64,000 bases of DNA. It comes from Penicillus capitatus (taxonomy: Eukaryota; Plantae; Chlorophyta). A program made the translations under genes and the position numbers. Positions 25,905-39,121 of the stretch are shown here, in pieces; within the stretch, counting starts at the first letter, position 1, and each line of letters opens with the position of its first letter. The DNA lies in contig OZ287708.1 in NCBI GenBank assembly GCA_965649825.1, forward strand, positions 89,101-153,100, written 5' to 3'. Below the pieces are notes generated by a model. It searched no databases and had not been told where the DNA came from. It saw only the letters and a program-made list of their open reading frames with translations.

Positions 25905-26880
25905 ATGGCGCGTGCTCCTATGCCACCGTCTCGTGCAGAAGGGAGCGCCAGAGGGCAACGGGCAGTGCACCACAAACAACAACGCATCAAGAGACAACTT
26001 GATCGCGCTCTCTATCGCGTCCCCCTCTCCTTCAAACGCCGGCACGTTTTTGAGTCTCTCTTCGTGAGAAGCGTCAGTGGCGATGCGGAGAGTCCATTGG
26101 AAGACTGGACGAGCGAGAGACCACGACTCGATCCCTTTGTCAACAACCCGACGTCAAAGAATGAAAAGCCGATGCTCAGAGTGTGTTTTGCCGTGTCTTT
26201 TCGCTGTCACAGTCGACAGCTGCTCTGCATGGGAGGCAGTCAGTTTCCTTTTGGATGGTCCTTTGTCTCCATCGCTAAGCTCCCGATGACATGGAATCCC
26301 AAAGACAGATGGACTGCAGAGGTGGACCCCTCACCGCATACACCTCCATTGCATCACGCCCGTCTGTTTTCAGGTTTATCTGCCGCTGGGAATGCGACTG
26401 GAGTACAAATATGTCATACTCGAGGAACAGGTGTGCTGACTGCTTGATGTGGGTACCACGGTCGATGGAGTGTAGGTGTGGACCAATCAGCAAAACGAAG
26501 ACTCAGAAGGCGTGGTCGAAGTGACCTACCGTTCAGGAAAGTCTCCTGGACAACCCCCCGACGTACACAAGATCCGAAAACAGATGGCGATTGTCGATTG
26601 GCAGCCTGGGCCAAATCGAGTGATCCAGATTCCGGATCAGGATGAAATTGATCGCTTGGTTCCGGACAAAGTCCTCCAGCGGACACCTGCACGGCCTCGA
26701 TCGTATTTCTCCTTTCGCAAACTGGACAGCTATCGGAAAAAGGCTTCTGTGGATGGAACGCGAGAAGAGCTCTCGTTAGATGCCAAGGGCGAACCCGTTT
26801 TGCACCGTTATGACATTTGGCCGAATCGAGGGACATCCTTGAGCTTTGAAGATGCTCGGCGATTCTTCTTGGGGGAATAA
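25905..26880 (+). CDS. CBM20 starch-binding-domain protein, probably plastid-targeted, 3 exons
   Basis: VCFAVSFRCHSRQLLCMGGS..FGWS....PMTWNPKDRWTAE-VYLPLGMRLEYKYVI...WQPGPNRVI follows the CBM20 pattern. R/S-rich N-terminus. Confidence 0.75.
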
Positions 26881-27239
26881 AATCTCAAACGGTTAAGCAA
26901 AGAACCGTGTGTCCACTTCTTTGTTTTCACATGTTGACCTTGAAGTTGTGCCTCAGGACGAAATGTGTCGTTGTTGTTGTCGTCGTTGTTTTATCGAACA
27001 GGATAACGAACTTCTGGCAACGCACATGAATCTCCTTGACGCTGTTCTATTCTGATGATGTATTTGAGTACCGAGTGCCTTTGACGCTATCCATGCCGAT
27101 GAAACACCTTCTGTGACGCATAGCAAATGAACTTGGTGCCGACAATGAAATCGACGTCGCCTCGTGTGCGCGCTAGCTACGTCAATGCCCATCAAGGAGT
27201 TCATCAAACGCATGATTGTCATTGCGGCCGCCTCTGCCC

Positions 27240-29260
27240 ATGGCGACGACACTGGATGCCAATGCAGGTGTGTTCTGTCACCGCGTTCGAGGTACATTCA
27301 CCTGAGGCGACGTTTCTGGACAGACAGCGGAGTCTCTCTTCTGCTGAGAAAACGCCTGCGTGATGGGGTCGTCTCTTCAGACGAAGAGCTGGAAGAGATC
27401 GAAAGCGAAGGGATGGATTCGGAATCGAATCCCATCTCCGACAGCATCATGACATCGACAGCATTCTCGAGTCTGGGTCTATCGGACGTGTTGACAGCGG
27501 TATGGATCGTTCTGCATCTCTGCTTCTGTCTGACGCCGTGAGCAGGCCATCGAGGAGATGGGACTGCAGTACATGACAAAGATCCAAGCACAGAGCATAC
27601 CGGAGGCGCTGAAGGGACAGGATGTACTCGGAGCAGCGAGAACAGGTGACCATTGCGTGGCGTTGTCGTCGGATGTGATGAGAGATGGATTGGCTGTTGA
27701 GGTTCTGGCAAGACATTGGCCTTCTTGATTCCGGCAGTGGAGGCGCTCTATCAGACAAAGTTCTCAAGTCTCAACGGCACGGGCGTCACAGTCATCTCTC
27801 CCACAAGAGAACTGGCTGTTCAGATCCATACCGTCGCTCAGGAACTCATGAAAGATCTTTCGCAAACCAGCGGTAACAAACGCCCCTGTAAGAATTGAGG
27901 GAACAGAATCCATATCGTTGGATGAAGGGCTGGTGATGGGTGGCTCCAATCGAAGGAACGAAGTGATGAAGTTGAGCAAAGGTGTCAATCTACTGGTGGC
28001 GACGCCCGGAAGACTACTGGATCATCTGCAGCACACCAAAGTGATCGACCTTTTCGAAATGAACGACAGATGTCACATCAGCGTCAGGAATTTCTGTGGA
28101 GGAATCTGTTCTGTTTGGTGATCGATGAGGCCGATCGGATTCTGGACGTGGGTTTCGAGGAAGAACTCAAGAGCATTGTCAAGATTCTGCCCAAAACACG
28201 ACAGACCATGCTCTTCTCGGCCACTCAGACGACAACAGTCACTACTCTCTCCTCCACTCCATCTTCCGACAAGCACAGCCCTTCAGGTTCGCGATTTGGC
28301 CAAGGTCTGTTTCCAGAAGGCGCCCATCTATGTGGGTGTCGATGACGAACGTCATGTCTCGACGCGTGAGACCCTCGAACAGGCGTACTGTATGGTGCCG
28401 CCTGAACTGCGACTCCGTCTGCTCATCACCTTCCTGAAGAAAAACAAATCGAAGAAAGTCTGTGCATTGTACGAAGGGCAAATCGTGAGTGCGTCGATCG
28501 ATGTGTCCTCGTAGATCATTGTGTTCTTTTCTTCGTGCAAATCCACACAGTTCCACAGCGATCTGTTCAATTTCATCGACTTGCCAGTGCTGTGTTTGCA
28601 CGGCAAGATGAAACAGAGTGCCCGTTCCAAGACATTTACAGAATTCTCCAAGGCCTCCAAGGGGACACTGTTCAGTACAGATGTCGCTGCCAGAGGACTG
28701 GACATTCCATCGGTCGACTGGATCGTGCAGTACGATCCGCCACTCGATCCCAAAGAGTATATTCATCGCGTGGGTCGCACAGCACGTGGTGTGGCGATGC
28801 GTGGCAAGGCATTGCTTTTCCTGATGCCACAGGAACGTCCCTTCCTAAATTACTTAAGGGAGGCACGTGTGCCTATACACGAATATGTGTTTCCTCAAAA
28901 CAAACTTGCCAATGTTCAATCGCAGTTGGAGAATCTCATCGAAAGCAACTACTATCTGCATACATCTGCGAGAGACGCTTATAAAGGATACGTTCTGGCA
29001 TACAACGCCCATATACTCAAAGATGCGTTCAATGCCCACACGCTCGATCTGATGAAGGTTTGTTCAGCGTCAGAATGATCGATAGATAGATAGTACATTG
29101 TCGTGATGTGATGTGACAGGTGTGTCAGTCATTCGGATTTACTGCTCCGCCCAAAGTGGACTTGAGATTGGAGAGCAAAGCAGCTCGAGTGCGCAAAGCT
29201 AAAGAAGAGGGAAAGCAGATAAAATTCAAACGCATCAAAGCGCAACAGGGTTCTGGCTAG
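27240..29260 (+). CDS. HAS1: DEAD-box RNA helicase HAS1/DDX18, multi-exon
   Basis: Q motif ([10 protein letters not shown]), [67 protein letters not shown]-terminal [14 protein letters not shown] at 27240 fits the phase of intron 1. Confidence 0.93.
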
Positions 29261-29289
29261 ATGGATTTCGGAAGAGCGTTCGCGTCATG

Positions 29290-31800
29290 TCACTGCAAGG
29301 AACTTGTCACATCCGTCGCTTCCGTTTCTGATGTAAACCCATCGTTGATGGCAACGAACCCGTCCGTTAGCTCCTCACCCATGAACAAAATTTCGAACAC
29401 TTGATTGACAAATTCTGCATTTGAACGGGACGGAATTTCGAGATCTGGAGCAAAGGTCACTCCAGCAAGCTGCGGTTGAAAACAGACACCCTGCTGGACA
29501 GAAGGCAGATGAAAATCTAGACGATAGATGGCACGACTCCTCTGCGATGCACCGATCTGCACGAGCAGTCAAAGAGGACAGTAGGTCGGTGGGCATACAG
29601 TGAGTGCGTGTGTCCAACCTGTCTCTGGATCGATACGATCAGCTCGCGTATGATGAACGAGATGCTTTCCAGCAGGTCTTCCCACTCGATGTCTTTGGAA
29701 GCGAGGACTTTGACCAACTCCGAGTGCGAGAGTACCTTCACGGACACACTGTCCGATGGGTCGTCGTTCGGAATGGCGTTACTGTCTGCGTCGGATCTTC
29801 GAACGGCAGTTGGACGTTTTCATCTGCCAGGAATGCGGCATCCAATGAGAAAGGCGAGGAGGCAACGGTGGCGTAAGCTTCTCTGTAGAGATAGGCATCC
29901 ATGGGATCAAATGCATAGACGAGTAGAAACATGCTCATCATGACTTTGCATCCCTCGTATAGGAACGGACTGGGGTTCAGTTTCTGAACCACCCAGTTGC
30001 CGTCGTTTGCCTCCAAGTACTTAACAATTGTCTTGATTTTGCTAGTCACACACCAATCCAGCGTTCCAGCATCGCCGCCCACCAACATCCACCATGGATC
30101 CACCGTCTGCTCATATACATCCAAAAAGAGCTTGATCTCCGTCTTGAGGTCAAAAGAGTGGGGCAACCAATCCGGTAAGAGTTCTGTGGGATTGGTGATG
30201 GAGTCGAGAATGACGGAAGCAGAGGAGTAATCATCCGGAACGTGATGTCCACTACGGACCACATGTAACAGTCTCCTGGGACTGATGAGGGCGATTTCGT
30301 GAGGAAACTGATTGACAAGGCGCCGTCCGAGGTTGTTGAAACTGGCAACCGGACAGGCAGCGAACAGTATGTCACTGGATTCGAACTCCTGAACGAGTTG
30401 AAAGCCGGAATGGGTCAAATGCTTGCACACAGAGTGATGGTCCGAAAAGACCTGAGTTCACAGAGACCATGGAAGAGGAGCGCGGGCAAAGGGACTGCTG
30501 TGCTTTTTGACAGGTCGGAGTGAATTCTGTCATGGCGGCCAGGGGACGAGCATCCGCTCTTTCGGTGATCGGCTTGGCCACTTCGTACTTCCCAGCCGAA
30601 GTCGGCGAAGAGCATTCGTTCACCTGCTGCAGACCAGATAGCTCTCCTGAATGGGCCCATCTAAAGCGACATCTCGAAATGCTGTACACAGGTGAATGGA
30701 GAGACCTTCCTGGCATATCACCGATCAAAGCCAGAAGCCGCGCTACGCGACTTCTGCTGCGTTTCTTCGGCAGAAGATCGCGTTTGAGCATCTGATCTGG
30801 TTCAAGTGGCGATATGAGGCAGACAATGGACGCTCCATGTTTGAAGACATCGTGGTTTAGAGTCTCATAGATCACAGGTGGCAATGCCCTGACTACAGAA
30901 CATGTATCGCCATCCCGTTTACGGGGTGCTTGTGGAGTGACCTATGACATTTGGCGAATCTGCATGAGGGATCATTAGGATCTCAGACGATTCAACATGC
31001 CATTCGATCTCCATCGGCTGCGCACATCCATCATCGATTCCCACTGTGCACGAAAGACACCAATGCCAGTAGGACTCAAACAGCTCTCCCATGCCTAAAT
31101 CGAACAGCAGATCGATCCTGTTCCCAGGCAACGGGGTGTCAGTCGACTTGTCTCTGCAGGAAGGCGAAAAGCTCGTAGAAGACAATCTCGCAGTTCTGTG
31201 TTTGCATGAATCTCATTGTAGAGTGCTGAGCGAGTGGAGAGATGCGCGTGTGGCAGGACCCAAATGTCATCAAATGCAGAAAGCTGACGAGAGCTCACAA
31301 GTCGTGGATACCCTCTTTCATCGTCCGCTATCTATGGACCATATCGACACTGAGTATGTCGTTCTAACGCAATATGACTGCACTTTGAACGCTCCTTCAC
31401 AGCCGACCTCTCCCTTCGTGAGTTTCTGCGTCAAAGTCGTCGAGAGAATGGCTGGGATACGGAGGAGGTCCAGGAATTCTTTACAGCGATAGCCAAGCAT
31501 GTTAGACAGAGAGATGACGCGAAATGATGAGGAGCATTGACGGAAACATTATCGTTAACGTGTGGCGAGTGGATCTGTGTGGCACGGATCGAGGCCTTAA
31601 GAGCATGGAGGCTACGAAACGACCGTCGACGATTCCGAAGGCCGTGCGACGCAGTCGAGTGCCCGAGACTGACGAACATGCGCCGTCCAACGACGAGAGG
31701 CACGAGAGAAGACCAACAGCAATCGTTGTTCTTTGAATCCCCACATGACATCCGTTGTAGGCGGAGTCCGTCGACATCTGCCGACGAAGACGACGGCGTC
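29290..31800 (-). CDS. TTLL12: TTLL12-like protein (SET-like + TTL-like domains), highly degenerate
   Basis: Collinear resemblance to TTLL12: IPHADSPNV (SET-like), WLPHSFDLKTEIKLF, WVVQK, IVDFHL...FQPQLAGVTFAPD...FVNQVFEILF. Start approximate. Confidence 0.7.
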
Positions 31801-32052
31801 ATCGAATTTCGAAACACGAGGAGAGAAGGTAAGGGATGTCACGTGGCGTCTGCCTCTCTTGCCGATGCCATTCTCGACGAGGTGTCATCAATCCTGATTC
31901 CTCTATGGATACTCGGACGCCGCTCGAGGCAGAAGCCAGAGAGAAACAGCGCGCCCTGCAGGAGAGCAACAAGACGGTATAGACTCTAAACGTCACACAA
32001 ATGGCGGATCTCACTCTTTGGCGAACGCACGCGTCAGGTTACGTTCGGTCCG

Positions 32053-34368
32053 ATGCCCGGCGACAATCTCCAACCGAACGGCGAGGGTTCTCGAGATTCG
32101 AACGATCTCCTCGTGCCGAATATCTTCACAAAGTAGCTTTCCTTTTTCGGCTGGAACTTCTCTAACGGCAGCATCTCGACGCGAGTCTGCCTGAGGCATC
32201 TTCGTCTTCGGCACCCGAGACCGTCGTCGTCAAAACGATTCGTCTGATTGTGCGCCGAGCTTACCGAAACAGAGCATCTGGACAGTTGTATGCCTATGCC
32301 GAAGGACGACGCCTCATTGTCATCCGCAACGACATTCCATTGCCAGTGCTCAAGTACATGGCCTGAATGCCGAAACTGTCTCATATCGCGTCGTTTTACA
32401 GAGAGGAGTGTTCCAAAGCGCTGAAACTGAATGAAGTCCAGGAATTACTTATGAGTGAGAATGGCTTCATGACTGGCGTGATGCACGCACGGAACCTCTG
32501 TAACTTGGACGAGATCATTGCTGTCACAGATCCACCACAACAACCGTCGTCCTCTGCTGATCTGCTGAGTGTGACGGTGGATGTGCAGACGCAATTGGCT
32601 CTGCTGTACGGATTTTATACATGCCTTGAATCTGGGCTACCCAGATCACAAGCCTTTGATGGAGAATCCAGCCGATCCCGAGAATTTCCACGTGACAAAT
32701 CGATCCTACTCACGCATTGCGATCATCGTCCAGAAACTGAATACGACACAAGTGGTGGTGGAGAAAGGCTCTCAGGTAACAACAGCTTCCCACAAGCGAA
32801 ACCTCTTTCCAAGTCATGGCTCGCGTTTTGGCAGTAGGAGGTCCGTAAAATGAGTCAAGGTTGGGCGCGAGTGGCGGGTCAGCTTCTCAACAGCTCCCGT
32901 CCCTTCTATGTCTACTCATGGAAGCAAGCTCTGATGGTGGATCTCAAAATCGCACTCAGAATGATCGGCATTCCACTGTCCATCGGGGTGATCTTGGCCT
33001 GTCTTCCCTTCAACACAGATGTCGAGACGAAGGACCATCCACTCTATGCCTTCGTCGGCATCGGAATTCTCGGATTCCAGACAGGTGCATGTATTTTCTG
33101 GCCTCTCGCCTCAAGCTGCGTTTCTAGGCCTCTTTGTGAATGCTTGGATTGGATATTATTTCTACATCCATATGAGCATCATGAGCTACCTCTTCAGTGC
33201 AATCGTTGCCCCTTTCATCAGCATTGCCCTCTATTTCGCCCTGTCGGCCATCGTCTTTCCATTCTACAACACCCCTGTCTGCATCATGCTTATCCTCACA
33301 ACCTTCGTCCAACCATTCCTGCACGCGTGCTCGATCATGAAGCGCATGTCTGCATAGGTTTACTTGATGTCCTATCCACATATGCCTGCACGTCTGAAAC
33401 AGAAGTCCGAGGTCAAGAAGGATGTCGGGAACTCGCTGATCATCCTCGAGTTCTTTATGCTGGTCTTTGTGGTCAATCGATTGCTGGTGCTGAATTTTGG
33501 ACAGAGGGACACGACATCGCTCATTGTTCTGAGTGTGATCTATCCGCTGCTCGTGAGCAGAAGCAAAACAGACTGCGCCAGAATGGCAGAAGCATTCAAC
33601 CGCAAATCTGTTGCCGTCGTGGAAGCCTTCTTCACATTCGTGTCCTCCGTTTTCCAGGTCTGACTCGGCAGCAAAGACCTTATTGGCATGCCCCTTCTCT
33701 GCAGATGATCGTATTTCTCTCCATCAACTCAAAAGCTAACCCCCTCTACATCTTCTTCCTCATCAACTTCACCGATTTTATCTGTCTCATCGTGGGAGGC
33801 CCCGTTTCTGCCTTCTTCGAGAAAAACAATGCTCAAATTCTGAAAGAGCATCGGGAGAAAGTTGACACAGATCCCTTTAACGAAGCGCTAGGTGTCTTTG
33901 CGAAGTGGGTTAAGGTAGGACCACCCCATCATCCCTCTCTGCCAAGCAGTTGGTCATCTCGGTGCTCGATGCTCAGGACCCATTTCATCTGAAGCCACTG
34001 CTTATCAAGTGTTACTGTGAAGCATCAGCCAAATCCACGTTCATTGTCTTGGCATTGCTCATCCGCTGGGGTCCGTCTGGAAAAGCCTATCCCTTCATTC
34101 ACGACGTGGACGACAAGGGCTTCTACGAAGCCATCTATTTCACCGTGGTGGAGTTTGCCATGTGGCTCTCGATGCAGTATCTTGTGGAGATATACCTCAG
34201 ACGGCAGAGATGCCAATACATGCTGCAGTAAATTGCCATCTTCTTTTTCTGGACCACACTCACTGCGTCCCCAGGAAAGAGAAGAAGAACATGCTGTGCA
34301 TTGCAAACATCTTGGGCCTCATCAACTCCTTTGTCACAGTGAATTGCGCCCGTAGACATGGTAGATGA
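32053..34368 (+). CDS. Unknown polytopic membrane protein with a soluble N-terminus, multi-exon
   Basis: Successive exons encode roughly 8-10 hydrophobic helices (e.g. IGIPLSIGVILACLPF, LFSAIVAPFISIALYFAL, SLIILEFFMLVFVV, AIYFTVVEFAMWL), joined by ~50-nt GT-AG introns. No family recognised; ends approximate. Confidence 0.65.
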
Positions 34369-34537
34369 TTTGACAAGGGTGCCTTCTAGGCGCTGCTATT
34401 GCTTCAGCAGACACCTGTATCAGGCGCATGATCCAATGAACGTGGAATCTGAGAAGAGATCGATTCTCTTCGTCATAAACGACTCACAAATCGTTCAAAA
34501 CGGATCAATAAGTAAGGAGTGTTCAAAACGACGCATA

Positions 34538-36271
34538 TTAAAATGCAGCAAGTTTTCTTTCGAGAACCGTCAGTTCTTGGCGACATTCCCTGCGAAATTC
34601 ATGCAGAAGTTAATGAATTGTCGCAGCGTATGGGTTGGCACTTGATTTCTTGTGCGTATCGCTTCTCCTCGGCTGTCATGTTGGATGCCTCCTCTGCCAA
34701 TCTGGCAATTTCATTGTCCATGGATTCCATGGCCTGCTTGAAAGCCACCACCCCTTTCAGCACGTCGCTATTCTCACGCTCAAATGCTCTGTGCCATCCA
34801 CGATCTCATGTCGATAGAGAGATTCGGTAGTGGACATGGACCTCAGATCAGCAAGTGCTTCTTTTTTGCTTTCTTGAGCCTCTTTCAGTCGCTGATTGAA
34901 TCTTTCTATCGACGACTTGATCTCTGCCTTCAATGCCAATGCAGCATTTTTCTCACCCAATGCCTTCTCTCTGCGTATCATCTTGCTGTTTCCAAGATCA
35001 CTTGATAGAGCTTATCGTACTTCTGCTGACGCAGTGCCTCCTCTCGTGCCTCCCTCTTAGGCGTAGCTGTACGAGAAGGGGCGCCCTTTGACGCTGGGGC
35101 TGATTTGCTTTGATAAGAACGTTCTGCCTGAGTCGCTGGACCTTCTTTGCGTTTCAGACCTGGCAGACCACCCACACTGATACTGGATCGCACGCTTTGA
35201 TCTTCATCCTCTATCTGAATCGTCACGGATTAAGACACAGACAACCTAAAAATGAGAACGCACCGGTTCCTCCTCTCCTTCCGAAAGAAGGCGTTCGTAG
35301 ATTTGCGTTATCGGTTCTTTTGTCGATTCTGCAGAGACTGGCGTACGACGAAGAATGAGCAGTCGCTCGTCAAGATAGAGAATCTGATCACGAATTTCAA
35401 AGTCATCATCTTCCGTTTTCGTTCCGAAAGGGCCTTCGCGTTTTCTCTTGGTTAGGTTTATCTCGATCACCACGACTGTTTATTGACGATGCCTTGTTCA
35501 ATTTTCACTTACCACCGTTCTGTCGGACGACAGAATCTTGGCAGCACCGATACGAGACCGAGATGCAGGAAACACTCCAAACTCCTTCATCTCGAATCTC
35601 TCGACAACATCAAGGGAATCGTAGATGGTAAAAGTCGGTTTCGTGGCAAACGGTGGAAACCCCGCCTGTCCGAGATAACGAACCTCAAACATGATTATGG
35701 GTCAGTGAACGACATTCACAGCCAAGCCTTACGGCGTAGTTTCCTGGCAGCAATGGACTTCTGGCAGGATTCCGAGGAATTTTGAATTGAGCCAGTTCCT
35801 CAACCTTGGAGAAAACGTGAGGTGAGTGAAATCGGCGAACAGGAGTATGGCAGCGTACAATGGATTGTACACGTTCGTTTACTCCGACCATCGCTTTGTC
35901 ATCTCGCCGTTTTATCAGCTCCATTACTTCAGACAACAGTTCCTCCACTCTATTCGACTTCGCCTGCGAATCTCCTCCTGTTTACGGTCATCTCGCTGCG
36001 CAGAGAAATCCATCCATGGTATGACCTCCAAAGAAAAGCGATTGCAGGAAGCTGGCGTGGGGGATCGTGGCTTCTCTTCCCCTTGCCATCGGTCGGCCAT
36101 CCCAGAGAGGCGTCGGCGAATAGAGGTGCTGTCTGTGGGCGACGCTGGACGTCGAAGGGCCGCCTTTCTTCGAGAAAGAAGCCACCGATGACGATCGGGG
36201 CACTGGTGTCGATCTCGTCGCTGTCGTCGTCCACATCTCGAAAATCGTTTGCGATCTGTGATGGGCGACAT
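34538..36271 (-). CDS. Hypothetical protein with C-terminal coiled coil, multi-exon
   Basis: EEALRQQKYDKLYQVILETARMIRREKALGEKNAALALKAEIKSSIERFNQRLKEAQE...ECRQELTVLERKLAAF*. Start uncertain. Confidence 0.55.
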
Positions 36272-37992
36272 CTATTCTTCGCGTAATGCTCCAAAATGAC
36301 TGACGAAAAGAAGCAATGTCGGAGACGAACTTCCGTTGAAAACGCGGCAGTGAAATGACACATAGAGAGGGTTCTCATATGACGGTTGCGGTGAAAGATA
36401 GGAGCGGAGCGGTCGAAGACAGGAGGACCGAGCAAAAGACTGAGAGTACTGCTCTTCAAGATTTCCCCTCGGCCGTCTGAAGATGAAAAAGACGAGACGG
36501 CGTCGCTGAGTGCTTTCTCGACGGATAGCGCCTCGATCGACGACGACGACGACACTCAGGAATCGACACAGGTTACACGATGACCCATTTCACATTTCAC
36601 TAAAATGTCGTGGCATTGATGATGGGTATGGCAGGGAGAAGAGGTTCATGGCGAGGTCGACATCTATGGTCAGTTTGTGCCTTATGTTTCATGCGAGATG
36701 CTAGATTGCGTTGAGTGTCACAGACCCATTATGGCCTCCAGGTAAGGAACCAAGATGTGTGTTGATTGTGGGGTAAGACGGGATGTGGTGATCTCCGGTA
36801 TGTTGCGATACGGAAGGTATGCAGCACATTTGTCGAGATGTATGGGATATGGTCGTTCAGCTTCAAGTCGAAGCGCCTGAGATGAAACGAAAACACTGAG
36901 CGGGGCGTTATTTGTAATCGATAGTTTCACGTATGCCGTTTGTCAGAAATATACATTCCAACAAAAGTGATCCCATGCATCGAGCTATGCCATACGAGAG
37001 TACAGCAGGAAAGAGGGGGGGTTATCGGGGATGGTCGGGTCGATCTTGTTTTCATTAAAGTAGGTCGTGAGCATGGGATGTCGTTGTTGGGGATCTTGGT
37101 CTTTTGGGCAGTGGGTGCGTCTACAAGTCATCATCGGACAGGGAGGGATCGGTGTCATGAAATTACTTATTTAAGGTGTTAGACATCCATTCAGCTAGGT
37201 TTGGATGCGTTTCAAACTAACACAAAAACACAAGCATTTACGACTTTTGGATAAACATAATGAGCCATTGTGAAACCCGTTACTTTGCATTGCAACATTC
37301 ATCACCAGCCATAGGATTCATGTCTCACTCGTGTATAAAAACCACGATTTGGTATGTCTAAGAATGTCGAACTGCGCATCTCCCGGCCATAGGAAGAGGC
37401 AGATCAAATTGAAAAGGTCCCACATACGCACGCACATAAGCAGAAGGTTGGTAAAGGAAATAGATGACTAAAACTTCCGAATTCTCTCAATCAAATCACA
37501 ATTACTGGTTATCGACTGAAGCTGTTGGATGTGTGTTTCCAGTCTCCAGTCGCGAAGAATGTGCACAGACAGACATGCAGGTTGCGAGCAAACAGACTAA
37601 GAGAATTGTGTCGCGATCATAAGGTATCCGAAAAGAATCAGGCCATGAGCAGTCATGGTGTCATGTCTCATTGTTTCTGAAAACGATTGTGATGTTGAAT
37701 GCATACACGACCCAACAAAAATCCTGTCGTTTTGATCCAGTCCATACTACTGTTACAGAGACGTCTCAATAAAACACTCGTATGCCTGCATCGCAAGGCT
37801 TGGAAAACAATAATGCCCTGCATATAACATTTCCAAGGTCAGCAGGATCAAAGCAGCAAAAACGAAGTCTTTCCATGTGAACCGGCTATAACCATCTGAA
37901 AACCATTTTATCCAATCCGTGTCATTATTGTCGTTGCGAACCAGGAATGGATAGGATGGCCACAGACAGGAAGAACACTGATTGTGTGTGTC

Positions 37993-38991
37993 CTATTTTC
38001 CAGAGTAGGACTTGTGGCTCTTGTACTTGACGGTCTCCGACATGAAGCTGGACAGGATGAGACAGAAAACCAGCGTCAGGGCTGTTCTGGATGACAAGAC
38101 ACCTTGTGCGGGACATGTCGCTGTCAGTGCATTGTTTCCTTCTTCGTCGTGATGATGAGAATGATGCTCAGATGGCAGATACCCATCCAACAGGACTAGA
38201 CTAAGTGAAATTGATTGCGAGAGAAAACGGAAAAGATACTTCTCTGTATAACTCGTCAGCATAATACCAAGTGCCGCCGTGTGTGTCAGGAGAGAACTCG
38301 ATAAGGTAAAGGATGACGGGGCAAGAATTCCAGAGGTCATAAGCAGACACACATGCAGCACGGCATTTACAGAGGAGAGGACGATCGAGGAAGGCAGGGT
38401 TCTCTTCACGGCACATCGGTTAGCACACACAGCCAGAAGTAAACCAAGAAACGTCCAGAACTCGATGCCAGATGGAATCTCGGGTATCCAGTTAAAAACT
38501 ACACGGGAGACAGCTGCCAATAGAAAAGAGACATAGGTTATGTTTGGCGAATCGAAGAGCGCCTTCTCCAAACGATGCAGCCACCGGGACAGCATGTTTC
38601 TGGTATTGGAATGCGCGGGTGCAGCATTATCTGCTCTTGAACGTTCTTGTTGTTCTTCGATAAGCGTCGTCACTGGTGCAGGACGACTCGTTCCCCCTAA
38701 CGGTGTTCGGAATTCAACGTTTGAGTGAACCTCGTGGTCCGCGCCGGTTCCAGCGAAGAGTTGGTCGTTACACAATATACTGCGCGCTGCTTCGGGAGGC
38801 CCCAGCAACCCGTTCTTTAGCGCGCCCACCAGAGCCGACACGCCAACAGCTTCGCACACCTCGTCGGGGAATAGAAGAGTAGAGACATCAGCCAGACGCG
38901 CTTCAAGTAATTGCGTGTCTTGTACTGTTGTTTCACCTCCGAGAGGATTTTCCAGCCAGCTTGGTAAATCGGCCAACGCAGAGGCGGCCAT
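37993..38991 (-). CDS. Unknown intronless membrane protein (332 aa) with ~5-6 C-terminal TM helices and a His-rich loop
   Basis: Uninterrupted ORF; hydrophobic segments after about residue 150; EHHSHHHDEE loop before the last helix. Confidence 0.65.
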   Translation of the reverse strand: MAASALADLPSWLENPLGGETTVQDTQLLEARLADVSTLLFPDEVCEAVGVSALVGALKNGLLGPPEAARSILCNDQLFAGTGADHEVHSNVEFRTPLGGTSRPAPVTTLIEEQQERSRADNAAPAHSNTRNMLSRWLHRLEKALFDSPNITYVSFLLAAVSRVVFNWIPEIPSGIEFWTFLGLLLAVCANRCAVKRTLPSSIVLSSVNAVLHVCLLMTSGILAPSSFTLSSSLLTHTAALGIMLTSYTEKYLFRFLSQSISLSLVLLDGYLPSEHHSHHHDEEGNNALTATCPAQGVLSSRTALTLVFCLILSSFMSETVKYKSHKSYSGK

Positions 38992-39121
38992 GACAACGTC
39001 GTATATGTTGTTGTGTCACAAACTTCGACGCGGACTCGGACATGTCTGCATCAAATCGATTGAAATCCATACGACGTGATGCGACGTTTGAAGAGACAAC
39101 GACGACCACGAGTTATACGCA
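38992..39121. promoter_or_regulatory. 130-nt divergent intergenic region; putative shared promoter for the membrane protein and the NLR-like gene
   Basis: Head-to-head ATGs at 38991 (-) and 39122 (+). Confidence 0.45.

Noticed and set aside
36560-37990. Short ORFs and possible ncRNA in the intergenic region
   Set aside because: No tRNA, snRNA or snoRNA signatures, and the ORFs lack coding-like features.
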